64,000 bases of DNA, taken from contig OZ024758.1 of NCBI GenBank assembly GCA_964016885.1, forward strand, positions 1,612,001 to 1,676,000, read 5' to 3'. Numbering within the stretch: the first letter of the stretch is position 1; each line of letters starts with the position of its first letter. A program made the translations under genes and the position numbers. Below, in pieces: positions 1-10,919 of this stretch. This DNA is from Eledone cirrhosa. Lineage: Eukaryota. The notes below the pieces were generated by a model. It worked only from the letters and a program-made list of their open reading frames with translations, made no database searches and was not told the origin of the DNA.

Positions 1-645
1 CAGAGAAGAAACTCTCAGGAGAGCTGGACAGCAGAAAGTCTTTAGAGAAGAAACTCACAGGAGAGCTGGACAGCAGAAGTTCTTCAGAGAAGAAACTCTC
101 AGGAGAACTGGACAGCAGAAAGTCTTTAGAGAAGAAACTCACAGGAGAGCTGGACAGCAGAAGGTCTTTAGAGAAGAAACTCACAGGAGAGCTTGACAGC
201 AAGCAGAAGGTCTTTAGAGAAGAAACTCACAGGAGAGCTGGACAGCAGAAGGTCTTTAGAGAAGAAACTCACAGGAGAGCTGAACAGCAAAAGGTCTTCA
301 GAGAAGAAACTCTCAGGAGAGCTGGACAGCAGAAGGTCTTCAGAAAAGAAACTCACAGGAGAGCTGGACAGCAGAAGGTCTTCAGAGAAGAAACTCTCAG
401 GAGAGCTGAACAGCAAGCAGAAGGTCTTTAGAAAAGAAACTCACAGGAGAGCTGGACAGCAGAAGGTCTTTAGAAAAGAAACTCACAGGAGAGCTGAACA
501 GCAATGGGTCTTCAGAGAAGAAACTCTCAGGAGAGCTGAACAGCAGAAGGTCTTTAGAAAAGAAACTCACAGGAGAGCTGAACAGCAGAAGGTCTTCAGA
601 GAAGAAACTCCCAGGAGAGCTGGACAGGGGGTCTTTAGAGAAGAA
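1..645. repeat. 42-bp minisatellite (AGAGAAGAAACTC(A/T)CAGGAGAGCTG(G/A)ACAGCAGAAGGTCTT(T/C)), about 15 units, runs off the window start
   Basis: Unit recurs every 42 bp (positions 2, 44, ...). Occasional 4-bp GCAA insertions shift the 14-aa repeat ORF. Confidence 0.95.
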
Positions 646-889
646 GCCAGCACCACCACCACACACTCAAGCAAGTGATTCGGCTCTTTCTAACTTGTTA
701 CAAAATACAAAGTTTTGATAATATCATCTTAGGTTCCTTGCCCTTAAAAAAGATGAGATGGTTTTGACTGTAATGTATGATACAACAACTAACGGTGACC
801 ATTTCCTTATAGTGCGAGTTTAATCTACAGTAATACTAACACGGAGAGATGAATATGAATATATATATATATATATATATATACTGTAT

Positions 890-939
<50 letters not shown>

Positions 940-941
<2 letters not shown>

Positions 942-1097
942 CGAAGGAAATGTGGTAAGGAACCAGGTGGACCATAACGCACCAAAGTACTCAATACTTG
1001 AGGTAGTAGAGTGGGTAATAGGAACCAGTAAGACCCCGACAGCTGAGCTCAAGCCGTTTCGACGGCTTGAGCTCAGCTGTCGGGGTCTTACTGGTTC
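940..1097 (-). mobile_element. (TA)n-embedded fold-back hairpin element, copy 1 (reverse orientation)
   Basis: GGAACCAGTAAGACCCCGACAGCTGAGCTCAAGCCGT followed by its reverse complement, plus the ~80-bp tail shared with 8384, 40860, 54320 and 54988. (TA)n on both sides. Confidence 0.85.
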
Positions 1098-1802
1098 ATA
1101 TATATATATATATATATATATAGTATTAATATATAAGGAACAAAGAATCAGTGTTGCAGTATATACATATTTATTACATATTACATATGTTTCACTGTCG
1201 ATAAACCCAAGGAACGATCAATTAATGATCGAACCTGACTCGAAAGCTCCTCAGATATGTTTTAATATGCAAACTCGCGTCTGAGACGTGAGCCTGCATA
1301 TTTTATATATATATATATAAGTTTATCCCGGGTTCAGCCGGGGGGGTAACCACAGTAAGTAAGTTACTCAATACAAAGCAGAGTATAAATATTTAAGATA
1401 GAAAGGCTTCTACAGGACTAGAACTGTTTCAATCTGTATTCTAGTACAATATACTTAATGAATCAACACTAAATATACACACGCATTTATATAAGAAAGA
1501 AAAACACATACATTTCTCTAAACTACTAATACTTATCTCAAGTTGACATAAAACCAAGTTAACAGACAGGTGTAAAAAACAATGTTATTGTGTACGTCTA
1601 CAAATGTTATTAAATTATGTCATAATTCATGTTATAATTTCATTTCATTGTTTTTATATTAAACATATCTAAGGAAAATCTTCTCAGACAAATGCAAAGA
1701 ATGATTTATATTTCTGCTTTGAATTCATCTAAAACGGAGATATGGAAAGTTTTATTGAAAAGAAAATATTATTGAGGAAACAAGTAAAACGTTATCGATC
1801 AG

Positions 1803-1897
1803 GTCTATCTGCTCTCTGAGGTCAAATTCCGCCGAGGTCAACTTTTCCTTTCATCATTTTGCGGTCGATACCAATTCAATACTGGGGTCAATTCTTC

Positions 1898-1967
<70 letters not shown>

Positions 1968-2165
1968 CGGGATATATATATATATATGAGGGAGAGAAAG
2001 AGGAATATATATATATATATATATCCTCTTTCTCTCCCTCAATCCTTCTCGGGAAGAAACCTGCTGTGTTCACATCTGGAGAGGGAGGGGTTCCGCCAAC
2101 CCTAAAATGCCCAAGAAACGCCGTATTCAGCGTCCCTACGACTCCAACTAGAATTACTCAACTAT
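1803..2165 (+). mobile_element. tRNA-derived SINE, long-tail subfamily (5' part missing, internal TC/TA microsatellite)
   Basis: B-box-like GAGGTCAAATTCC, central CCGAGGTCAACTTTTCCTTTCATC motif. Tail similar to 36180-36300, 48525-48650 and 49725-49855. Confidence 0.7.
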
Positions 2166-2489
2166 CATGTCCTCATGTAGTTTCTACCTCGGAAATGTTT
2201 GAAACAAGAACTGATAGAGGCATCAATAGAAGGTTCATTCCGGAAATAATAGGGAACTTATATAGATTTATTATAGAGCATGCTTTGTCTTTTGCAGTTT
2301 TGATAGAATTATTAGAGAGTCTGCAGTTTATGGCAACTTTTAAAACTGCGTCGAATTGAATTACACGGACAGGGTGTAATGAAGGGAATTCTTCTGCTAT
2401 CAGGAATATAATATTTAAAGAGACCGTAATTATGACAGAAGGAATTAGAATTTACATGAAGTGGGTGAAATAGCATCATTGATTCAGAA

Positions 2490-2570
<81 letters not shown>

Positions 2571-2775
2571 CGTGTGTGCGTGTGTGTGTGTGTGTATTCA
2601 TATATACATACATTCATACATGTGTTCATACATACATACACACACACATACATATATTCATCCATACATACATTCATACATACATGCATATATTCATACA
2701 TACATACATACATACATACATACTTACATACCTACCTACATACATACATACATACATACATACATACATACATAA

Positions 2776-3138
2776 ACTGCCACCAAATTAAAGCACAACC
2801 GGCCTGATATTGTAGTTTGGGACCACACATTGAAAACGTGTTCTGTTGTGGAGATCAGCTGCCCACTTGATGTAAACGTTGTCAGAAAAATACAGGAGAA
2901 GGAGGACATCTACGGACCATTGATGAGGTGTTTACAAATCCAGTATCCAAGATACACCTTTAGCTTCATACCCATCATTATTGGTGCTACGGGTTATATA
3001 CCAACCCGCTTGGACCAAAGTATGACTGAACTTGGATTTGCGGACAAAAAGCGCAGCTCCCTAATTCATAGTCTACAAATGGCTGCGATAGCTGGCACCT
3101 TCAAAATTTGCAAAACATTCTTGCGATTCAAGGGATGA
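2776..3138 (+). pseudogene. C-terminal restriction-like endonuclease (RLE) domain of a 5'-truncated R4/R2-superfamily non-LTR retrotransposon
   Basis: Frame from 2776 reads TATKLKHNRPDIVVWDHTLKTCSVVEISCPLD...K.QEK..IY..L...IPIIIGATG, a PD-(D/E) RLE signature. It starts immediately after a (CATA)n tract. Confidence 0.85.
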
Positions 3139-3679
3139 CAATTTCTTTTCTTTTACAACCTTGCCACCAGGAAGGTGGCCGGTCAAAAAAAATATACTCG
3201 AAATTAAGAGAAAGAGAAAATATACATTGGAATGGTGGATTTAGAATTTGGGGAACACTTAAATAAGCATACAATGATTTCCACAACAGTACAAAATGAT
3301 GAAGGATCAAAACATCCTTCAGTATGAAGGGATTGCTTTTCTATAAATGTAAACAGCTGTAACTTCGAGAGTGTTTCTTCCTTTCCTGCCTCTGTTATTC
3401 CCACTAAGGAAATCTCCGCGGCTGGTAAAATCCAAAGTTTCCCTCTGAAACGATCGTATAATACTGATTCGAAGACATTGGTATCTTTGAGATACCAACC
3501 AAGAGGAAAACAGAGGACACACTAATGCGGTAAATAGTGAGACAAACGATTTTGTGTCGGTAGATATTTTGATTCTGGGGTGTCACAGACTAATGCATTC
3601 ATTGCTGTTATTCCATCTGCTACCGACAATCCATATGGGACAGCTGTGTACACACACGCGCGCACACACGCGCACGCAC

Positions 3680-3738
<59 letters not shown>

Positions 3739-3768
3739 TACATATATATATATATATATATATAGACA

Positions 3769-3896
3769 TTTTTTCCAATTCTGGTGAAGGACTAGCGTCC
3801 GAAACGTTAAGACCCTCTTCCTGCTATTTCAAGCGTTAACCTAATATATCCCTTCCATATACTGTACCGATTGTATTGTTATTTCTGTTTACCTTT

Positions 3897-3900
<4 letters not shown>
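3769..3900 (+). mobile_element. Penelope-like pLTR fragment with a degenerate minimal hammerhead core (CTGGTGA variant)
   Basis: CTGGTGA-AGGACTAGCGTCC-GAAACGTTAAGA. About 120 bp is near-identical to the reverse complement of 4783-4906. Flanked by (TA)n. Confidence 0.65.
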
Positions 3901-3938
<38 letters not shown>

Positions 3939-4283
3939 GGTACTAGCATGTGCTTACGCCGTATTTGTTGGACCAATGTGTTACTATTAATGTAATGGTA
4001 ATATATAGGTCCGGCAAACCAATATATATGTGTATGTAAGTGTGTATACATATATATAAGTATATACAGCTACACACACATATGACTCACAAATCAATAG
4101 CTTTTGTCAAGTTTCAATGATCGACTGAAAAAATTTGAAATTTAATATTAGTGATACCCGCTATTAATATTGAATTTCGAAGATTTTCTTTGTCTTCATA
4201 GATATAATTGATTTAAAAAGTATCAAATTTCAAAACGGCATTTTGTAGTTAAAAAATAAAAGAGAGAAGAAAACATAAAATAA

Positions 4284-4637
4284 TAGTTTCTACTTTTGGC
4301 ACAAGGCCAGCAATTATATCAGTGCATTACTGGTACTTTATTTTATCGACCCCGTAAGGATGAAAGGCAAAGTTAACCTCGGTGGGATTTGAACTCAGAA
4401 TGGCAAGGGCCGTAAAATAATGATTTCTGATTTAGGCACAAGGCCAACTATTTCAGGAGAGGGGAAAGTCGATCAAATCGACCCCAGTACGTTACTGGTA
4501 CTTTATTTTATCGACCCCGTAAGGATGAAAAGCAAAGCTACCCTCGGCGGGATTAGAACTTAGAATGTAAAGAGCTGCAACTCTATGCCGTGAAACATGA
4601 TGTCTGACGCTCAGCCGATACTGACAACTTACCACCC
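4284..4637 (-). mobile_element. Two adjacent tRNA-derived SINE copies (4284-4415 truncated; 4421-4637)
   Basis: Reverse complement of the B box (GGGATTTGAACTCAG), core TTTATCGACCCCGTAAGGATGAAAGGCAAAG, tail TTTTGGCACAAGGCCAGC. Confidence 0.85.
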
Positions 4638-4870
4638 TACGAAGAGATAAAATAAGTAAACTATGTTTTATTTACTGCACTGGTTCTGGCTTTCTACCAA
4701 ACTTAAAACTTCTCATAATATAATGCTTCCTGATATCTCACTGACTTCATTTTTTCGAGACAAAATATTCTCTTTATATGTATGTAAAAGGTAAACAGAA
4801 ATAACAACACAATCGGTACAGTATATAGAAGGAATATATTAGGTTAACGCTTGATATAGCAGGAGGAGAG

Positions 4871-4906
4871 TCTTAACGTTTCGGACGCTAGTCCTTCATC
4901 AGAAGA
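4871..4906 (-). ncRNA. Minimal type I hammerhead ribozyme motif of the Penelope-like-element type
   Basis: Minus strand reads TCTT-CTGATGA-A-GGAC(TAGC)GTCC-GAAA-CGTT-AAGA: both conserved core boxes, stem II, palindromic AACGTT stem III and TCTT/AAGA stem I. Confidence 0.75.
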
Positions 4907-5047
4907 AAGAATGAGAAATAAGATAGATTGAAGCGACGGGCGGGTTGGAATTGAAAAAAATTTAGTCTTTAGATAAAAATATCAGGTCCATTCATGTTGA
5001 CATCTCTTTATAATTCTACTTGGGAAGGGGAAAGTAATTCTTAATAT

Positions 5048-5260
5048 GGTTTCTGATTTAGGTATAAGGCCAGCAATTTTGTGGTGGGGAAAGCCAATCA
5101 AATCAACCCGGGTTTGTTACTGGTACCTTATTTTATCGACCCTATAAGGATGAAAGGCAAAGTTAACTTCGACGGGATTTGAACTCAGAACATAAAGGTC
5201 CGTAACTATGTCGCAAACCATGTTGTCTGACGCTCTACCGATACTGCCAATCCACTGCCG
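5048..5260 (-). mobile_element. tRNA-derived SINE, full length
   Basis: A-box-like (GGCAGTGGATTGGCAGTATCGG on the minus strand), B box, core and tail all present. Confidence 0.85.
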
Positions 5261-5689
5261 GTAATTATTAATATAACAGCCAATCCCATTCCTTCTTTTT
5301 CAACCGTCTTTTTTATCATTCTTTTATTCTCCTACCCAGACTGAATTAAGGTTATATATCCCCCTGTGCTAAAGATCCTTTAAGCCCCAATAATATTTTC
5401 AAAAGCAGAGAAAAGGCAAAGAAATATTAAATTAGCTTCTACATGGCTAAACAGAATTCTGATTCAAACAATTGCTTTGCTTAATTTCCTGGAAATAAAT
5501 TTATGGAAAATATCGGTAAATTGTAAGTTCCCGAGAATATCGTTTGAAACTGTCACCAGAGTAAATTGTGTAATCGTTCTTCAGACATTGTTTATCCAGC
5601 TATGAACAATCGAGAGGTATTTTTCCTTCTCCAATCACATCTTTTATTCAATAAAGACAAGTAACTACGTAGTGCAACATGTGTTTAAT

Positions 5690-6000
5690 ATTGGCTGTAT
5701 CGGTGGAGCGTCGGACAACATGCTTTATGGCGTAGAGTCACGTCCCTTTACGATCTGAGTTTAAATCCTGCTGAGGTAAGCTTTGCCTTTCATCCTGACA
5801 GGGGTCGATAAAATAAAGTACCAATCGCTCTTAATCAAAAGATTTTGTACCACATTGTTTAATTGTAACTTTATTTGTTTCTACTTTTGGCACAAGGCCA
5901 GCAATTTGAAGGGAAGGGGAAAGTCGACAAAATCGACCCCAGGGCATTACTGGTACTTTACTTTATCGACCCAGTAAGGATGAAATGCAAAGTTAACCAC
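5690..6000. mobile_element. Two partial SINE copies, tail to tail (5690-5825 plus; 5876-6000 minus)
   Basis: The core GCCTTTCATCCT..GGGGTCGATAAAATAAAGTACC is present in both orientations. Confidence 0.75.
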
Positions 6001-6136
6001 ATACCAATGTAGAAAATAGATATTGAAATGGTAACAGTCTCTGATTCAGGCACAAAGCAAACAATTTTTGGAGAGGGGAAGTCGATTAAATTGTGTTGAC
6101 ATGCGACCTTTCTTCAGCAAGCCATATATATATATA

Positions 6137-6341
6137 CGAAGGTCGCCGAAAAGTTCATAGGCTGAGCAAGATACTCTCATGGAATGACCAAATGAGGTTT
6201 CTTATTTTTCAACATAGTTCCTGGAAAGAAACAATGCAATTATTAATAAGAAGAGTTGAAATTAATGTATTGCATGCCAGATTTCACAGCTCTAACATCA
6301 CTCCTTCATAGTCAGCCAATGAACGTTTCAACTGATCCTCG
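6137..6341. mobile_element. Mariner-type MITE
   Basis: About 30-bp imperfect TIRs (CGAAGGTCGCCGAAAAGTTCATAGGCTGA / TCAGCCAATGAACGTTTCAACTGATCCTCG) with TA on both sides. Further copies near 41514, 52345, 56985, 58920 and 63540. Confidence 0.8.
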
Positions 6342-6772
6342 TAATGTAGTTCATTGTCCTTTTATAGGCTTGCTGTTCAGACCATTCGTTTCCTAATTAT
6401 AAAGATGAGAGCTTTCGTCGAAACACTGAGTCTCCCTGGGGATCGGATATGAACTGTCAAACTCTAAGACAGATCCTTCATTCACGATTCTCACTGCCTG
6501 AAGCTGACCTTTAAATGTTTGTTCTTTGCTAATTATAGGAGTCTACACAGTTTGTTTCTATGGCAACATAAGAAGAATATAAGTTTTCTTGTCAGTCAAA
6601 TCGCATTATAACAATTATTTATTCCACATCCAATTATATCGATTACAATTTTTACCATTCCTCAAATAATTAGTCCCCTATATTCCATTAGTCTATTATA
6701 CACCTTAACTACTTCAAAATCTTCCCCTACACCTTCTACTCTCCACTCTCTCTCTCCATCTCTCTCTCTCTC

Positions 6773-6812
<40 letters not shown>

Positions 6813-7112
6813 CATATGTATATATATATGGACACTCTTTCCTTATCTCTTTTTCCTCTCTCTGGGCATGTGTCTCTTTCCCTATCTCTCTATTCCCATT
6901 TCTCACAGTTTTTCTTTCTCTTACCCATTACAACATACATACCATATGACGTCACACTCTGTTTACTTTCTTTTCCTCCTCTTCCTCCTCCTCTACCTCC
7001 ACCTCCTCTCTTTCTACTCCCCTCTCTCACCTAAGACCCTGTTATCTAGTATACCCTTCTTTTCTAAGACCTCATTCTCTTCAAGAATTCTCATTAGTAT
7101 TTAGCTAAAAGA

Positions 7113-7220
7113 TGGCGGCAGATTAGCAGTGTTGGTAGAGCATCGGACAACATGCGTTGGGGCATATATTTGCGGCCCTTTACGTTCAAATCCCGCCGAG
7201 GTTAGTTTTGCCTTTCATCA
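7113..7220 (+). mobile_element. tRNA-derived SINE, 5' part
   Basis: GGCGGCAGATTAGCAGTGTTGGTAGAGC ... GTTCAAATCCCGCCGAGGTTAGTTTTGCCTTTCATC. Confidence 0.75.
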
Positions 7221-7350
7221 AATCAATCAATGCGCCATTGCTATGGTGTTGCTAATTTCCATTGGAACTTTCTCATCCTGATATCTTTTACAGTTCATCT
7301 ATCTATCTATCTCTCTATCTACTTATCTATCTATCTATCCATCTATCTAT

Positions 7351-7530
7351 TTGAGGGTTGTTCTATCTATGAGGTATAAAACGACCCATTTGTAACGCCT
7401 CCCCTCTATTGGGAATTTCGATTGTTATATTTTCATGTTAACTTTTTTACACGACTGTATGTAAAATCCCCGGCATGTGTCTTTGTATTGTCCCCTTTTC
7501 TTGTGCGCCCTTGTGGCAAATAAAGAAATA
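7351..7530 (+). mobile_element. 5'-truncated Tx1 sister-family copy (3'UTR only) in a (TATC)n tract
   Basis: Highly similar to 7818-8000. Ends GTGGCAAATAAAGAAATA followed by TATC repeats, like the GTGGCAAATAAACAGAAAT end of the full-length elements. Confidence 0.85.
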
Positions 7531-7615
7531 TATCTATTTATCTATCTATCTATATATCTGTCTATCTATCTATTCATCTATCCATCCATATATCTATCTA
7601 TCTATCTATTTATCT

Positions 7616-8000
7616 AACTCATTCCCTTCTTTAGATACCACTTTAGAAGGAGAATCAGAGTGGAGAGAGAGGCACTGCACCCCAGTAAATTTACTGAAAG
7701 GTGGGTGAATGTGGCGAGAATGGCCCGAGTGATTGGGCCTTCTCTGTATATAAACCTGTAGGTTGAAGAAGAGAGCAAAAGGAAGAAAGGAGCACTTGCA
7801 CAACATGCTCCTGAAGTTGAGGGTTGTTCTATCGACGGGGTTTTAAACAACCCATTTGTGGCGCCGCCCCCTATTGGGGATTTCGATTGTTAAATTTGTT
7901 TGTTTTAATAATATTTTTACACGACTGTATGTAAAATCCCCGGCGTGTGTCTTTGTATTGTCCCCTTTTTTTGTGCACTCTTGTGGCAAATAAAGAAATA
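7616..8000 (+). mobile_element. 5'-truncated Tx1 sister-family copy (ORF2 C-terminus plus 3'UTR) in a (TATC)n tract
   Basis: 7627-7761 translates FFRYHFRRRIRVEREALHPSKFTERWVNVARMARVIGPSLYINL*, versus FFRYHFGRRIRMEREVLHSSQFYERWVKVARMARVNGPSLYLSL* in the intact ORF2. Confidence 0.92.
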
Positions 8001-8330
8001 TATCTATCTATTTATCTATCTAAATCAAAAACCATTATTATTGTCCCTCAGCTTGGGACATGCAGTCTTAGGTTAGGTCCAATGTGGTGTGACTTCTCCT
8101 CAGATTACTTATCCTATTACATTACAATGTATAACCTTCATTAGAAATATTGACGCTTTCTCTAGTTTCCTATTATATTATTCACTAATCGAGTTATCGA
8201 TTATTGATTTCATTTTTGCTTCGTTTCCATTCTTCCATTTCTATGTCTTAATAGGCAACTAAAAAGCTTAATTTTTTAATAACACTAATGACACCCAAAC
8301 GTATATATACGTGCGTAGGTGCTTGTATAT

Positions 8331-8383
<53 letters not shown>

Positions 8384-8385
<2 letters not shown>

Positions 8386-8568
8386 AACGAGTAGGACCCC
8401 GATGGCTGAGCTCAAGCCGTTTCGACGGCTAATTCCAGAATTAGCCGTCGAAACGGCTTGAGCTCAGCCGTCGGTGTCCTACTCGTTCCTATTACCCACT
8501 CTACTACCCTAAGTATTGAGTACTTTGGTGCGTTATGGTTCACCTTGTTCCTTACCACATTTCCTTCG

Positions 8569-8570
<2 letters not shown>
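8384..8570 (+). mobile_element. (TA)n-embedded fold-back hairpin element, copy 2
   Basis: About 50-bp inverted arms plus the shared tail ending CCACATTTCCTTCGTT, with (TA)n flanks. Confidence 0.85.
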
Positions 8571-8607
<37 letters not shown>

Positions 8608-8727
8608 AATGAATATATGATAGGGATAAACACTGATACGAGTATACATGTGTTTGTATTGCAAATGACCAAGTTAGCTAGATTCCTTTCTTTGAACTAT
8701 TTAATTGTAAAAGACTATTTGAGTTTA

Positions 8728-8805
<78 letters not shown>

Positions 8806-8851
8806 TATTCAAAATATTAATAAATGAAAACGTTCACATAATCAAAATATG

Positions 8852-8913
8852 TTTTATTATATATATTTCGGAGGTACTGTGCTGTTTTTTCAGTATGTCC
8901 TCATCAGATAAAA
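8852..8913 (-). ncRNA. Candidate hammerhead ribozyme motif (second family)
   Basis: Minus strand reads TTTTAT-CTGATGA-GGA..TACTG(loop)CAGTA..TCC-GAAA-TATATATA-ATAAAA: both core boxes, stem I TTTTAT/ATAAAA and an extended stem II. Confidence 0.55.
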
Positions 8914-8973
8914 TACATGAATTGATATATGACATACCTCAACTGTCTTGAGGGTTCAATTCCAGTCTTGGCA

Positions 8974-9069
<96 letters not shown>

Positions 9070-9405
9070 ATATATATATAATATATGATATAATATAATA
9101 TATAATATATATATATAAATTTGGGCGACTTCCGTCCGTCCGTCACACAATGTGTGTATGTGTGTTTGTGTCAATGTATGTCTGTGAGTGTGTATTTTCC
9201 CTCCATGTTTTAGCTTCCTATCTCTCCAAACTTTGCTCTCTCCTCGTGAAGGCCTTATTTCCTGAATCTCTACATGCTGCAGTGGAACTTGCTGGTTATT
9301 GGATCCATACCCGAAAGAATATAATACAGAAATATTTATCAAATATATATCGTTTAATACGGCTACGGGAATGGTTTTGTGGTTAAGAAGGTCGTTTCGC
9401 ACTAA

Positions 9406-9728
9406 CAGACCTACCAACCTCTAAAAACCCAAACGGGGAGTACCATGAAAAAAAGAGATGAAACTGTTATCTGCTTAAGCTGGTGGACACGGTTATACGT
9501 TGTACATCGAGGACAGTGCCTCTCTGTAGCCATTCCAAACCTGCCAACCTCTAAAAATCCAAACAAGAATACCATGAAAAAAAGACCCCAAAACAGGGAA
9601 AAATGAGGCAAAATGGGGAGATTATACATAATGAAAGCTATACCCATTTTCACAAAAGAAGACATATCTCATCTACCCCAAAGTGGGTGGGAGATCTCCC
9701 CATCGGACGGGGAGGGTTGACAAGTCTG
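9406..9728. mobile_element. MITE-like repeat with CAGAC(C/T)TG(C/T)CAAC termini (partial copy at 9406, fuller copy at 9536-9728)
   Basis: Homologous to 42052-42238. Left CAAACCTGCCAACC, right GGTTGACAAGTCTG. No TSD resolved. Confidence 0.65.
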
Positions 9729-9829
9729 CAATAACGTGTTTTCAAATTCGTTCAGGTGTCTTCTCCTGCAGCTTAAACCAATACCTTGTTCGTGAAATTT
9801 AAAAAGTTGATTATATCTGTATGTATAGA

Positions 9830-10690
9830 TGTGTGGGTGTATATGTGCTTGTGTATATATATGTACGTGTGCGCGTTTGTGTGCGTATGTGTATATGCTT
9901 GTATGTGTGTGTGCTTGTGTGTGTATGTGTCTGTGTGTATGTATACGTGTATATGTATGTATACGTGTATATGTGTGTATACGTGTATATGTGAGTGTAT
10001 GTGTATGTGCTTGTATGTATGTGTGTGCTTGTGTGTATATGTATATGTGTATATGTATGTGTACGTGTATATGTGTGTATATGTGTATATGTATGTGTTC
10101 GTGTATATGTGTGTGTATGTGTATATGTATGTGTACGTGTATATGTGTGTATATATATGTATATGTATGTGTACGTGTATATGTGTGTATATATGTATAT
10201 GTATGTGTACGTGGATATGTGTGTATATGTGTATATATATGTGTACGTGGATATGTGTGTATATGTGTATATGTGTACGTGGATATGTGTGTATATATGT
10301 ATATGTATGTGTACGTGGATATGTGTGTATATATGTATATGTATGTGTACGTGGATATGTGTGTATATATGTATATGTATGTGTACGTGTATATGTGTGT
10401 ATATATGTATATGTGTACGTGTATATGTGTGTATATATGTATAAGTATGTGTACGTGTATATGTGTGTATATATGTATATGTATGTGTACGTGTATATGT
10501 GTGTATATATGTATATGTGTGTGTACGTGTATATGTGTGTATATATGTATATGTATGTGTACGTGTATATGTGTGTATATATGTATATGTGTACGTGTAT
10601 ATGTGTGTATATATGTATATGTATGTGTACGTGTATATGTGTGTATATATGTATATGTGTACGTGGATATGTGTGTATATGTGTATATGT
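9830..10690. repeat. Compound TG/TA microsatellite regularising into a ~30-34-bp unit (GTGTACGTG(T/G)ATATGTGTGTATATATGTATATGTAT)
   Basis: Direct inspection. Confidence 0.9.
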
Positions 10691-10919
10691 TTGTGTTCTT
10701 GTCTTATTTTCTATCAGTGAATATAGATCGATAAAATAAGTACCGGATTAAAGTGTTTAGATCGATATCATTGACTATGACAATAAACCAATTGAATGAC
10801 GAAGGCCACAGCTTTGTTGTTATTTTGTTGTTGTTTTTGCTTATTTTTTATGAATTTCTTTTTACATTAATGGATGTAAATAGCGTTTCTCGTTAATGTG
10901 TTATAAATAGAGAAGAATA

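Noticed and set aside
9786-10739. ORFs rich in CVYI/HTYI/poly-L/poly-F (also near 2460-2800, 39800-40300, 42900-43600, 46900-47900, 51600-52000, 55500-56400 and 61800-62300)
   Set aside because: These are translations of di-, tri- and tetranucleotide microsatellites.
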